From an uncultured delta proteobacterium (GTDB lineage: Bacteria; Myxococcota; Myxococcia; Myxococcales; Myxococcaceae), in assembly GCA_963796055.1 (NCBI GenBank), contig CAWCKH010000003.1:64001-128000 (forward strand): 64,000 bases of DNA. Direction: 5' to 3'. The position numbers were made by a program, and so were the translations under genes. Under the pieces are notes generated by a model that was given only the letters and a program-made list of their open reading frames with translations, was not told the origin of the DNA and made no database searches. Below, in pieces: positions 18,555 to 27,343 of this stretch. The first letter of the stretch is position 1. Each line of letters begins with the position of its first letter.

Positions 18555-19442
18555 GTGGCGGCGACGGGCGCCCGGCGGCCGCGCGTGCTGGTGGTCGGCG
18601 TGGGCCGGCTGGGGAGCGCCGTCGCGGTCCAGCTGAGACAGGCGGGCTGGCCGGTGACGGTCCGCACGCAGTCGCCGGCGGGACGACGACAGGCGAAGCG
18701 GCTGGCGCTGACCGAGGCCGATGCGGGGGCGATGTCCCGGGCCGAGCTGTGCCTCCTCACCGTCCCCGACGCGGCGGTCGCCCCGGTGGCGCGCGCGGTT
18801 GCCCCGCAGCTCGGCCGGTCGACGGCTCTGGTCCACTGCGCGGGCGCGCTCACCCTGGAGGTCCTCCAGCCCGCTGCGGCCGGGCGACCCACCGGCTCGT
18901 TCCACCCGCTGGTCTCGGTGACCGGGCCTCAGACGCGGCTGGAGGGACACTCCGTCGCCATCGCCACCCGTTCCCGGGTGCTCGCCCCGGTTCTCGGCCG
19001 GCTCGCCGAGGGGCTCGGGCTCCGAGCGCTTCGGGTGCCCGAGGACGGCCGGGCGGCCTACCACGCCGGCGCGGCCCTCGCTGCCAGCGGACTGGTGTCG
19101 CTGCTCGACGCGGCGGTGGCGGCCTGGCACGCGGCAGGGGTGCCCGAGCGCGAGGCGATGGTCGCGCTCGTGGCGCTGATGCGATCGGCACTGGACGGCG
19201 CGGAGGCGCGCGGGACGGTGGCGGCGCTGACCGGCCCGGTCGTCCGGGGAGACGCCGAGGTGGTGCAGGCCCACGTGCGGGCGCTTCCGCCGGACGTTCT
19301 TCCAATCTACCTCGCGCTCCAGCAGCGGGTGCTGGCCCACGCGGCGGCGCGGCTCCCCCACCCCACGGTTGCCCGGGTGAGCGCGGTGCTGGGACCAGAG
19401 CCGGCGCGCCCCGGCCGCCGGCGCGGACGTCAGCGCCACTGA
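18555..19442 (+). CDS. Rossmann-like and DUF2520 domain oxidoreductase
   Basis: VGVGRLG, LTVPD, VHCAG, SFHPL, YHAGA, LTGPVVRGD. Confidence 0.88.
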   Translation: MAATGARRPRVLVVGVGRLGSAVAVQLRQAGWPVTVRTQSPAGRRQAKRLALTEADAGAMSRAELCLLTVPDAAVAPVARAVAPQLGRSTALVHCAGALTLEVLQPAAAGRPTGSFHPLVSVTGPQTRLEGHSVAIATRSRVLAPVLGRLAEGLGLRALRVPEDGRAAYHAGAALAASGLVSLLDAAVAAWHAAGVPEREAMVALVALMRSALDGAEARGTVAALTGPVVRGDAEVVQAHVRALPPDVLPIYLALQQRVLAHAAARLPHPTVARVSAVLGPEPARPGRRRGRQRH

Positions 19443-19446
19443 CCGG

Positions 19447-19692
19447 TCAGCCGACGAGCTCGGGCTTCTGCTCGAGGGCGGCTTCCGGCACCACCGAGCC
19501 GTGGACGCGGAGCGCGCTCCGGATGACCTCGTTGACCGCCGCCTCGAACGCCGGCACGCCGTCGCGGCTGAAGCCGGTGACGCTGAGGTCGACCCGCGAC
19601 CGCTCCGGGCCGATCTCTGCCCCGCTCACCAGCCCACCGAAGCGCTGGTGCGCCAGGGCGTTCACCTCGAGGTAGAGCCGCTCCGTGGCCAT
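19447..19692 (-). CDS. Small hypothetical protein (81 aa)
   Basis: ATG with upstream GGAG, GC3-biased codons, fits the intergenic gap. Confidence 0.6.
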   Translation of the reverse strand: MATERLYLEVNALAHQRFGGLVSGAEIGPERSRVDLSVTGFSRDGVPAFEAAVNEVIRSALRVHGSVVPEAALEQKPELVG

Positions 19693-19807
19693 ACCGGTCT
19701 CCGGCCGGCCGCATCCTGACGACCGGGCCCGGCCGTCTTAGCGCGGCAAGCACGTCCGGCCGCCGTTACTCTGAACGCCCGTTCCCCTCCCCTCACCCCG
19801 TCATCCC

Positions 19808-20452
19808 GTGCAGTCCAGCCTCTTCGATCTCTCTCCCCTCGACTTCGACCACTCCATCTCACGCCTGGAGCGCGTGCACCTCGACGAGACCGCCTGGGTG
19901 GACCTCCAGCCGGGCTGGGTGAGCGGCTCGGATGCGCTCTTCCGCCTGCTGGTGGAGAGGCTGCCCTGGGCGCAGCGGACGCGGTTTCTCTACGACCAGG
20001 ACCGCATCGAGCCGCGGCTGACGGCTGGCTGGCACGCGGATGGAGGCACGCCCCTCGAGCCGGCGATCCTGGAGGAGATGCGCGCTGCGCTCTCCGAGCG
20101 TTACCGCGTCCGGCTCGACTCGGCCGGGTTCAATCTCTACCGCGATGGTCGGGACAGCGTGGCCTGGCACCGCGACACCATCGCCAAGCAGATCAAGGAC
20201 CCGGTCGTGGCGCTGGTCTCGCTCGGGGAGCCACGAAAGCTCCTCCTCCGCCCGCGCGGCGGCGGACGCTCACGTCCGTTCATGCTCGGGCACGGAGACC
20301 TCCTGGTCACCGGCGGCGATGCCCAGCGCACCTGGGAGCACGCCGTGCCGAAGGTCGCGCGCGCCGGCCCGCGGATCAGCATCGCCTTCCGCCACGGGAT
20401 GGACGCCCGGGTGTACGGCCGAGAGGCGCCTCGCCTCACGGCGCGAGGATGA
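19808..20452 (+). CDS. AlkB-family 2-oxoglutarate/Fe(II) dioxygenase
   Basis: PRLTAGW, NLYRDGRDSVAWHRD (HxD), VSLG, WEHAVPK, RISIAFR. Confidence 0.92.
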   Translation: MQSSLFDLSPLDFDHSISRLERVHLDETAWVDLQPGWVSGSDALFRLLVERLPWAQRTRFLYDQDRIEPRLTAGWHADGGTPLEPAILEEMRAALSERYRVRLDSAGFNLYRDGRDSVAWHRDTIAKQIKDPVVALVSLGEPRKLLLRPRGGGRSRPFMLGHGDLLVTGGDAQRTWEHAVPKVARAGPRISIAFRHGMDARVYGREAPRLTARG

Positions 20453-21734
20453 TCCGCGGCCCCTGCATCGCCTCGCGCACCGCCACCAGCGCCGGATCCG
20501 ACAGCGCCTCGGTCTCGGTCAGCCGCCGCAGCACCAGCTCCGAATCCGCCGACGCCCCGTCGAGCAGTCCCTTGAGATCCGCCGCGAGCGCGAGCGCCGC
20601 GTCCTCCATCTGCTTTCCCGGCGGTGTGGCGGCGATCGGCTTCCCCGCCTTCTCGGAGAGGTACTTGGCGAACCCGTCCAGCGAGGCCCGGGTCGCCCGG
20701 GGGTCGTACGCCGCCAGCTTCGGCTGGAGCGACCCCTTGGGGACGGTGAGCAGCCGCGGCACGCCGGCCTGCGCCAGTCCGGGGTGCGGGACGCCGATCT
20801 CCTGCATCGGGAACACGCCCAGCAGCCCGTCCTCGGGGGCTGGCGAGCTGTAGGGAACGACATCCAGGAACAGCGCCAGTGGATCCACTCCCTGCTTCGC
20901 CGCCTCGATGTCCTGGGCGTCGAGCGGCGGATACGTCGTCGGCGCGCCGGTGAAGATCAGCGGCAGCACCGCCTGCTCCCAGAACTCGTCCGGCGCCGAG
21001 CCGGTCTGCTTCGTCGCCCCACCCACGGTCAGCATCAGCTCGGCGAGCCGCGGCGATTGGGCCACCTGGTCCCCGAAGCTTCGCGCCGGGTCGAGGCGCG
21101 CCAGCGCTCCGGCGATCTGCCGCTCGAACTGCGCCCTCGCCTCCGGCGACATCCGCTGGGCGGGGAGCCGGCCGAGCGCAGCCCGGAGGTCCGAGGAGAG
21201 CACCGAGGGCTTCGCCTCGAACAGCTCCTTCTTCCGCCGCGGGTCCACCAGCATGAACTGGAGGAAGCCCGGGTCGAACAGCCGGGCGTAATCCTCCGGC
21301 CCGAGCCGGACCGGTGCACCCGGCGACGGAGCGAATCGGGCCTGTGCCAGTGCGCGACGGAGATCGGCAGCGACCTCGTCGAGCCGCTCGAGCTTCCCCC
21401 GGCTCAGCGCCTCCAGCACCGCCTGGAAGGGCGACAGCATCAGCACCGCATCGGGGAACCCGAGCATCCCGCCCTCGGGCGCCTCGCGGTGCGGGAACCA
21501 GAAGGCCTGGTCGCTGGCGATGAGCCGGTCGGCGAACGCTCCCGCCAAGCCCAGCGCCACCAGCTGGTGCTCCGGCTGCTCGGGCCGGAACGGACCCATC
21601 AGCAGCCTGATGACACCTTTCTCGATATCGGCCCACGGCGCCGTCTTGAGGTCCACCGGCGCGCCGGTGGCCCGCGCCAGTGAGTTCGCGAGCTGCTGGG
21701 TCGCGGCGTCGAGGTGTCCGGCAGAGGAAGCCAT
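20436..21734 (-). CDS. Hypothetical protein (432 aa)
   Basis: ATG at 21734, strong GC3 bias, globular sequence; no family recognised. Confidence 0.75.
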   Translation of the reverse strand: MASSAGHLDAATQQLANSLARATGAPVDLKTAPWADIEKGVIRLLMGPFRPEQPEHQLVALGLAGAFADRLIASDQAFWFPHREAPEGGMLGFPDAVLMLSPFQAVLEALSRGKLERLDEVAADLRRALAQARFAPSPGAPVRLGPEDYARLFDPGFLQFMLVDPRRKKELFEAKPSVLSSDLRAALGRLPAQRMSPEARAQFERQIAGALARLDPARSFGDQVAQSPRLAELMLTVGGATKQTGSAPDEFWEQAVLPLIFTGAPTTYPPLDAQDIEAAKQGVDPLALFLDVVPYSSPAPEDGLLGVFPMQEIGVPHPGLAQAGVPRLLTVPKGSLQPKLAAYDPRATRASLDGFAKYLSEKAGKPIAATPPGKQMEDAALALAADLKGLLDGASADSELVLRRLTETEALSDPALVAVREAMQGPRIILAP

Positions 21735-21800
21735 GGGTGGGCCCCTTAGCGTAGAACCGGGGGCTCTGTGGAGAAGCCCGGCGGCGGGAGGGGATTCCGA

Positions 21801-24755
21801 GTGGACGGTCGGGCTTTCCCGGTCGTCCTGGCCGTCCTTCTGGCCTCGTCCGGGTGCGCGACGCTCACCCCGCGCTTCGACCAGGCGGTCACCACCTCGT
21901 TCGCCCGCCAGCCGATGCGCAAGCTGGAGACCGCGCGGGTCGAGCTCTACTACCCCGAGTCGAAGCGGGACGAGGCCTTCCGGGTCATCCAGCGGCTGGA
22001 CCGCTGCGTGGAGCAGCTCCGGGCCAACCGCTTCTCGGGGACCGAGCGCCCCAAGGTCCTCGCCTACCTGAGCACCGCGAACTTCGACAACGCCTACGTC
22101 CAGCCCCAGCTGGGCGGGCTCCCGATCCAGATGGTGCTGGCCCACCACTTCACCACCGAGTTCTTCAACCTGCTGGAGATCGGCAGCAACCACGTGGACG
22201 ACGTCTCGTGCCACGAGGCGACGCACTACGTGCAGTTCCAGGAGGTCGACGAGCTCTGGTACTACCTGAATCTCGCGTTCGGCGACCTGCTCGACCCCAA
22301 CATCTTCACCGAGTCGTACTTCCTCGAGGGGATCGCCACCTACTACGAGGGGCGGCTCGAGCGCGCCACCGGCCGTCCACACAGCCCCATCTGGCGCGGG
22401 CTGTTCGAGTCCGGGGTGGCGTTGCGCAAGGGGGAGATTCACTCCGGCGACCTCTCACCCGGTCAACGGGAGCTGTTGCCCTTCGGCGGCAACTACCTGG
22501 TCGGGATGCATTTCATCGAGTGGCTCGCCCGGCGCTACGGCGCCGACAAGCTCTGGGCGCTCATCGACGTGCAGGGGAGGAGCTGGATCCCGGTACTCGG
22601 CGTCTCCTTCCGCTTCATGTGGGTCTACGGCAAGGGCCCGGGCGAGCTGGTGGACGAGTGGCGTGAGTCGCTCCGTCACTCGGGACCCTGGCGCGAGCGG
22701 CCCTTCTCCCAGAAGGTGCTCGACCCAGACCTGGGCTACTTCGCCCGGCTGGCCTCGGCGCCGGACGGGACCCTGGCCACCATCACTGCAGGACGGGACT
22801 CGCCTTCCGAGCTGCGGGTCTACGCTCCGGATGGCGCGCTCCGGTTCCGCCGGACCCTGGCCAACTTCTGGCCGGGGCGGCCGTACATCGCCACCAGCCC
22901 GCTGTCGGTGAGCGGACTGTCGTTCGACGGGAGCGCCGCGCACCTCTACCTCGTCCTCGCCGATCTGGGCATCGACGGGGACACCGCGCCCAAGCTCCTC
23001 GAGCTCGACGCCCGCGACGGCCGGCTGCTACGGACCTGGGAGACGCCGGACGCGCTCGGCGGCGGGGTGGACCCGTCCGGATCACGGTACGTCTTCATTC
23101 GCAGCCAGGCCGACACCGCGGACCTCTGGGAGCTCGACCTCGCGACCGGCGAGCAGCGCCCACTGACCCACAACCAGGGCCGCCTGACCCTCGGCGCCGC
23201 GGCCCCCGCCGCCGACGGACGCATCGTCTTCGCCCGGAAGATCGGCGACGACTTCGACCTCTGGCTGCGGGCGCCGGACGGAACCGAGCGACCGCTCACC
23301 CGGGACGGGAAGTTCAACTACTCCCCCCGGTGGGAAGGGCCGGACCACGTCGTGGCGCTCCACGAGGTGGACGGGCGAACCCAGGCCGTCCGCATCGCGG
23401 TGGCGACCGGGGCGATGACCGTGCTGACCGACGCCCCGTTCGTGGTGCTGGACCCGGTGCCGCTGCCGGGAGGGCGGCTGGCGTTCGTCAACCGCGAGGG
23501 CTGGGGCTGGACGCTCGACTGGATGGACGTCGGTCCGGGCCGGCCGGTGCCGCCCGCCGACGCTGTGGCCGCGCCCGGGAGCGATGCATCGCCCGAGCCG
23601 GACGTCCCGGTGCTCTCGGACGACCCGTACCACGCGCTGGACCACCTGCTCGTCCCCACCCTGCGTGGACCGTTCATCGACTTCGGCAGCCGGGAGGAGT
23701 ACGGCGGAACGAAGAGCAAGGTCTACGCAGGCGTCTCGCTCCAGGGGAGCGACCGGCTCGGGCTCCACCAGTACGCCCTGAACATCGGGTACCAGACCAG
23801 TGATCCGGGCCCCACCTTCTCGGTGGGCTACGGCAACTACCTGCTCGCGCCGGTGTACCTCCAGGCCGTCTTCTCGCGCTACGCGGAGCCGGCGCTTCGC
23901 GACGTCTCGGACAACTCCTTCATCCCCAGCACCGTGGACATGAACGGCGGTCTCTTCGCCTCGCGCTCCTTCTGGGGCACCCCGGTGACCTTGAACTTCT
24001 ACGGCATCCACCGCAAGGAGGGCTTCGAGTCCGGGACGCGCAACTCGGACCTGTTCGGGCCCGGCATCTCCACCTCCTGGTCGGCGACGGAGTCGACTCC
24101 GTACGCGGGCGTGCGCCGCGGCATCACGCTGACCGGCAGCGCCCAGTGGTTCTCCAAGGCGTTCGGCTCGGATTTCAGCTTCACCGACCTGCGGGCGACG
24201 GCGGCCTTCTACACGCCCCTGCCCTTCTGGGCGCGGCACACGCTCCAGCTCACCGTGCGTGGCCGGGCCCTCGCCGGGGCGCCGGCACGGCTCCTCCACG
24301 TCGGCGGAAGCAACCGCGGCTTCTTCGAGTGGGACTCCGAGCCCGAGAAGTCGCAGCCGGGCACCGGGCTGGCCATCTTCCCGGACATCACCTTCCGCGA
24401 GCCGCTCCGGGGTTACGAGGACGCCAATCTGAGGTGCAACGAGGTGGTCATCGCCGGGGCGCGATACCGGGCGCCGATCATCGTCGACTACGGATGGTCG
24501 TCGTTCCTGTGGATTCTCCCGTCGCTCTTCATCCGGCAGGCGGACCTCGAGGTGTTCGGCGAGTGGGCCCACACCTGGACGTCGGCGAGCACATCCGGTC
24601 CGGCGACCACCGGGGATCACCGGACGTTCGGCGGCGCGCTCTACTTCCGCACGCTGTGGGGATCGGGGCTGCCGCTGTCGTTCTACTACCAGTTCGCGGT
24701 GCGGCCAGACGACGGGCTCACACCGTTGCACATCCTCGGCATCGCGCTGGAGTGA
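21801..24755 (+). CDS. Large lipoprotein: gluzincin-like peptidase domain, TolB-like propeller, Omp85-like C-terminal barrel
   Basis: Lipobox ASSGC; CHEATHY..YFLEGIATYYE; PD40-like blades (DPSGSRYVF, ADGRIVF, NYSPRW); C-terminal alternating strands with PLRGY. Confidence 0.75.
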   Translation: MDGRAFPVVLAVLLASSGCATLTPRFDQAVTTSFARQPMRKLETARVELYYPESKRDEAFRVIQRLDRCVEQLRANRFSGTERPKVLAYLSTANFDNAYVQPQLGGLPIQMVLAHHFTTEFFNLLEIGSNHVDDVSCHEATHYVQFQEVDELWYYLNLAFGDLLDPNIFTESYFLEGIATYYEGRLERATGRPHSPIWRGLFESGVALRKGEIHSGDLSPGQRELLPFGGNYLVGMHFIEWLARRYGADKLWALIDVQGRSWIPVLGVSFRFMWVYGKGPGELVDEWRESLRHSGPWRERPFSQKVLDPDLGYFARLASAPDGTLATITAGRDSPSELRVYAPDGALRFRRTLANFWPGRPYIATSPLSVSGLSFDGSAAHLYLVLADLGIDGDTAPKLLELDARDGRLLRTWETPDALGGGVDPSGSRYVFIRSQADTADLWELDLATGEQRPLTHNQGRLTLGAAAPAADGRIVFARKIGDDFDLWLRAPDGTERPLTRDGKFNYSPRWEGPDHVVALHEVDGRTQAVRIAVATGAMTVLTDAPFVVLDPVPLPGGRLAFVNREGWGWTLDWMDVGPGRPVPPADAVAAPGSDASPEPDVPVLSDDPYHALDHLLVPTLRGPFIDFGSREEYGGTKSKVYAGVSLQGSDRLGLHQYALNIGYQTSDPGPTFSVGYGNYLLAPVYLQAVFSRYAEPALRDVSDNSFIPSTVDMNGGLFASRSFWGTPVTLNFYGIHRKEGFESGTRNSDLFGPGISTSWSATESTPYAGVRRGITLTGSAQWFSKAFGSDFSFTDLRATAAFYTPLPFWARHTLQLTVRGRALAGAPARLLHVGGSNRGFFEWDSEPEKSQPGTGLAIFPDITFREPLRGYEDANLRCNEVVIAGARYRAPIIVDYGWSSFLWILPSLFIRQADLEVFGEWAHTWTSASTSGPATTGDHRTFGGALYFRTLWGSGLPLSFYYQFAVRPDDGLTPLHILGIALE

Positions 24756-24791
24756 GCTACGGTGCCTGCGGCCGCCCTCACCCATCCCCGC

Positions 24792-25346
24792 TCATTCGGC
24801 GCTCGCGTACAGCCGGTGCCGCTCGATGTACGCCAGCACCTCCCGGTGGACCAGCCCCTCCCCGCCCCGTCCCGCGGCCAGCGCCGCGCGTACCTCGGTG
24901 CTCGACACCTTCGCCAGCGGGGGGCCGATCGCGCCCGGGGCGGGATGGCCCGCGCGGTTGAGGACGACGATGCGCGCCAGCCGCTGGATCTCCTCCACCT
25001 CCCGCCACTTGGGCAGCTCGGCGACGATGTCGCTCCCCACCACCAGGGTCCACCGCCGGTCTGGCCAGCGCCGGTGCAGCTCCCGGAGCGTGTCCACGGT
25101 GTAGCCGGGACCGCCGAGCCTGGCCTCGACGTCCGAGGCCGCCAGCCATCCCGCAGCATCGCGACACATCAGCTCGCACATCGCCATCCGGTGCTCGAAG
25201 TCGATCAGCGGTTTGCCGAAGGGATGGTGCGCCGCGGGGACGAACCACACCTGGTCCACCGGCTCGAGGGCCCGCACCACGTGCGCGGCGAGCAGGTGAC
25301 CGAGGTGGGGCGGATTGAAGGAGCCCCCGAGGAGCGCGACGTCCAT
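24792..25346 (-). CDS. nadD: Nicotinate-nucleotide adenylyltransferase
   Basis: LLGGSFNPPHLGH, YTVDTL, VGSD..LPKW, VSSTEVR, V.AYI..H.LY. Confidence 0.95.
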   Translation of the reverse strand: MDVALLGGSFNPPHLGHLLAAHVVRALEPVDQVWFVPAAHHPFGKPLIDFEHRMAMCELMCRDAAGWLAASDVEARLGGPGYTVDTLRELHRRWPDRRWTLVVGSDIVAELPKWREVEEIQRLARIVVLNRAGHPAPGAIGPPLAKVSSTEVRAALAAGRGGEGLVHREVLAYIERHRLYASAE

Positions 25347-25362
25347 GTCCGGACGCAACAGC

Positions 25363-26542
25363 CTAGCCGTAGAGGAGGTGCGGCGCCCGCCGCTCCAGGA
25401 AAGCTGCCTCGGCTCCGTCCAGCAGTGCGGCGACGTCGTCGAACTCCGCACCGTCTTCCAGCGCCCCCCGCACCCGCGCGTTCCCGGCCAGGAGGTCGAA
25501 CGCCGGCACGTCGGTGACGAACTCGTAGGCCTCCTCCCGCCACCGGAAGCGCTCGCCCCCCAGCCGCCGCGCCTCGGCGACCACTGCCAGCCCGGTCTTG
25601 ACCGAGGGGAAGACCGCCGGGTCGATCACGTGCAGGAAGGCGCCCGCGCACGCCAAGCCCCGGTGCTTGTCCCAGGTGGGGACGAAGTGCACCGGCCGGA
25701 CCCGGAGCCCCGGAAGCGCGTGGCGCTCGAGCGCCGCGGTCACCTCGTGTGCCTCGAGGTACGGCGCCCCGAACTGCTCGAAGGGCCGGCACGTCCCCCG
25801 GCCCTCCGAGAGGTTGGTCCCTTCCAGCAGACACATCCCCGGGTACACCTGCGCCGTCTCCGGCGTGGGCATGTTGGGCGAGGGCGGGATGAAGGTCAGC
25901 CGGGTGTCCGCCCAGCGCATCGCCCGCGACCAGCCCAGGCAGGGCACCACCGCCAGGTCACACCCGCAGCCGCTCCTCGGCGTTCAGCATCCGCGCCAGC
26001 TCCCCGAGCGTCATCCCGTGCCGGTTCGGCAGTAGGTACAGCCCGACGAAGCTCCGGAAGCCGGGATCGACCAGGTTGCCCTCCACCCGATCGCCGCCGA
26101 GCGGGTTCGGCCGGTCCAGCACCACGAAGCGCACGCCGGCCTGCGCGCACGCCTCCATCGCCAGGGCCATGGTGTAGACGTAGGTGTAGTAGCGCGCGCC
26201 GACGTCCTGGACATCGAAGACCACCACGTCGAGCCCCTGCAGCCACTCGGGCCTCGGCCGCAGCGACTCCGCCGTGGTGCCGTACAGCGACCGCACCGGC
26301 ACGCCGGTGCGCGGGTCCTTCGCCTCCCCCACCGGAACCATGTACTGGACCTCGCCGCGCACCCCGTGCTCGGGCCCGAAGAGCGCGGCGAGCGTCACCC
26401 CGGGAGCCGCCCAGAGGAGATCCGCGAGGTGCCGGAAGCGGCTGTCCACGCTGGTGGGATTGACGATCGCCCCCACCCGGAGCCCGCGCAGCGCACGGAA
26501 CTGCTCCGCCTCCCACACCTCCAGCCCGGTCCGGACCCGCAT
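25363..26542 (-). pseudogene. namZ: Exo-beta-N-acetylmuramidase NamZ (DUF1343), split by a +1 frameshift near 25966 (may be a sequencing indel)
   Basis: FGPEHG, FDVQDVGARYYTY, LDRPNP, RHGMTLGELA in one frame; PPSPNMP, YPGMCLLEGTNLSEGRGT in the next; span is 3n+1. Confidence 0.85.
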
Positions 26543-26574
26543 GGTCGCCGAGCGTACCCCGGCCGCAGCCACGC

Positions 26575-27258
26575 TCAACGGCGAGAGGCGCTCAGCGACC
26601 GCATCGCCTTCTTCTGGGGCTCGAGCGATTTCAGCAGCGCCATGGCCTGCTTCTGCCGGCCCGTCCGCCCGTAGAAGTCCGCCAGGGCCCGGGTGACCAC
26701 CGCGTTCTTCGGCTGCGCCTTGTGCAGGTCGTTGAGGGTGCGCTCCGCCTCGGGCACCCGGCCGGACTTCTCCTGCACGCTGGCCAGCTGCAACTTGAGG
26801 CCGGTGTCGCCGTCGCCGGCGCCGATGAGGTAGCGCAGCTCCTTCTCCGCCTCGGGCCAGTCGCCCGCACGCTGTGAGAGCGCCGCCAGCCGCCGGTGCG
26901 CCTCGACGTAGTCCGCCCGGAGCGCGATCGCCTTACGCTGGGCGGCCCGCGCGCCCTCGATGTCGCCGCGCTCCTCTTCCAGCACTCCCCAGAGGTGGAC
27001 CCCGCGCGGGTTGTCCGGCGCCAGCGCGTACGCCCAGCGGAGGTGCCAGTCCACCCTCTCCAGGGCCTTGCCGAGCTTCAGCCCCAGCCGGGCCGATTCC
27101 AGATGCCCGTAGGGGGACTGTGGCTCGCTCTGGGCCCACCACTCTGCCCAGGCGAGGGCTCCGGCATCGTCGCCCGCGGCCTCGTGGGCGGCGATCTGCT
27201 CAATCGGCGTCGCACCCAGGAGGACGCCCAGCACCACCGCCGCGCTCGCCGCCATCAT
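26575..27258 (-). CDS. Secreted tetratricopeptide repeat protein
   Basis: Signal peptide; TPR-like helices (ALAPDNP, KAIALRADYVEAHRRLA, QPKNAVVTRALADFY). Confidence 0.8.
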   Translation of the reverse strand: MMAASAAVVLGVLLGATPIEQIAAHEAAGDDAGALAWAEWWAQSEPQSPYGHLESARLGLKLGKALERVDWHLRWAYALAPDNPRGVHLWGVLEEERGDIEGARAAQRKAIALRADYVEAHRRLAALSQRAGDWPEAEKELRYLIGAGDGDTGLKLQLASVQEKSGRVPEAERTLNDLHKAQPKNAVVTRALADFYGRTGRQKQAMALLKSLEPQKKAMRSLSASRR

Positions 27259-27343
27259 CTCGGCCGGATGGTACCGAAGCGAGCGACGGGACCTCAACCC
27301 GCTTGACCGGAATGCCCGCCCCGCCACAGAACGTCGCCGCGCC

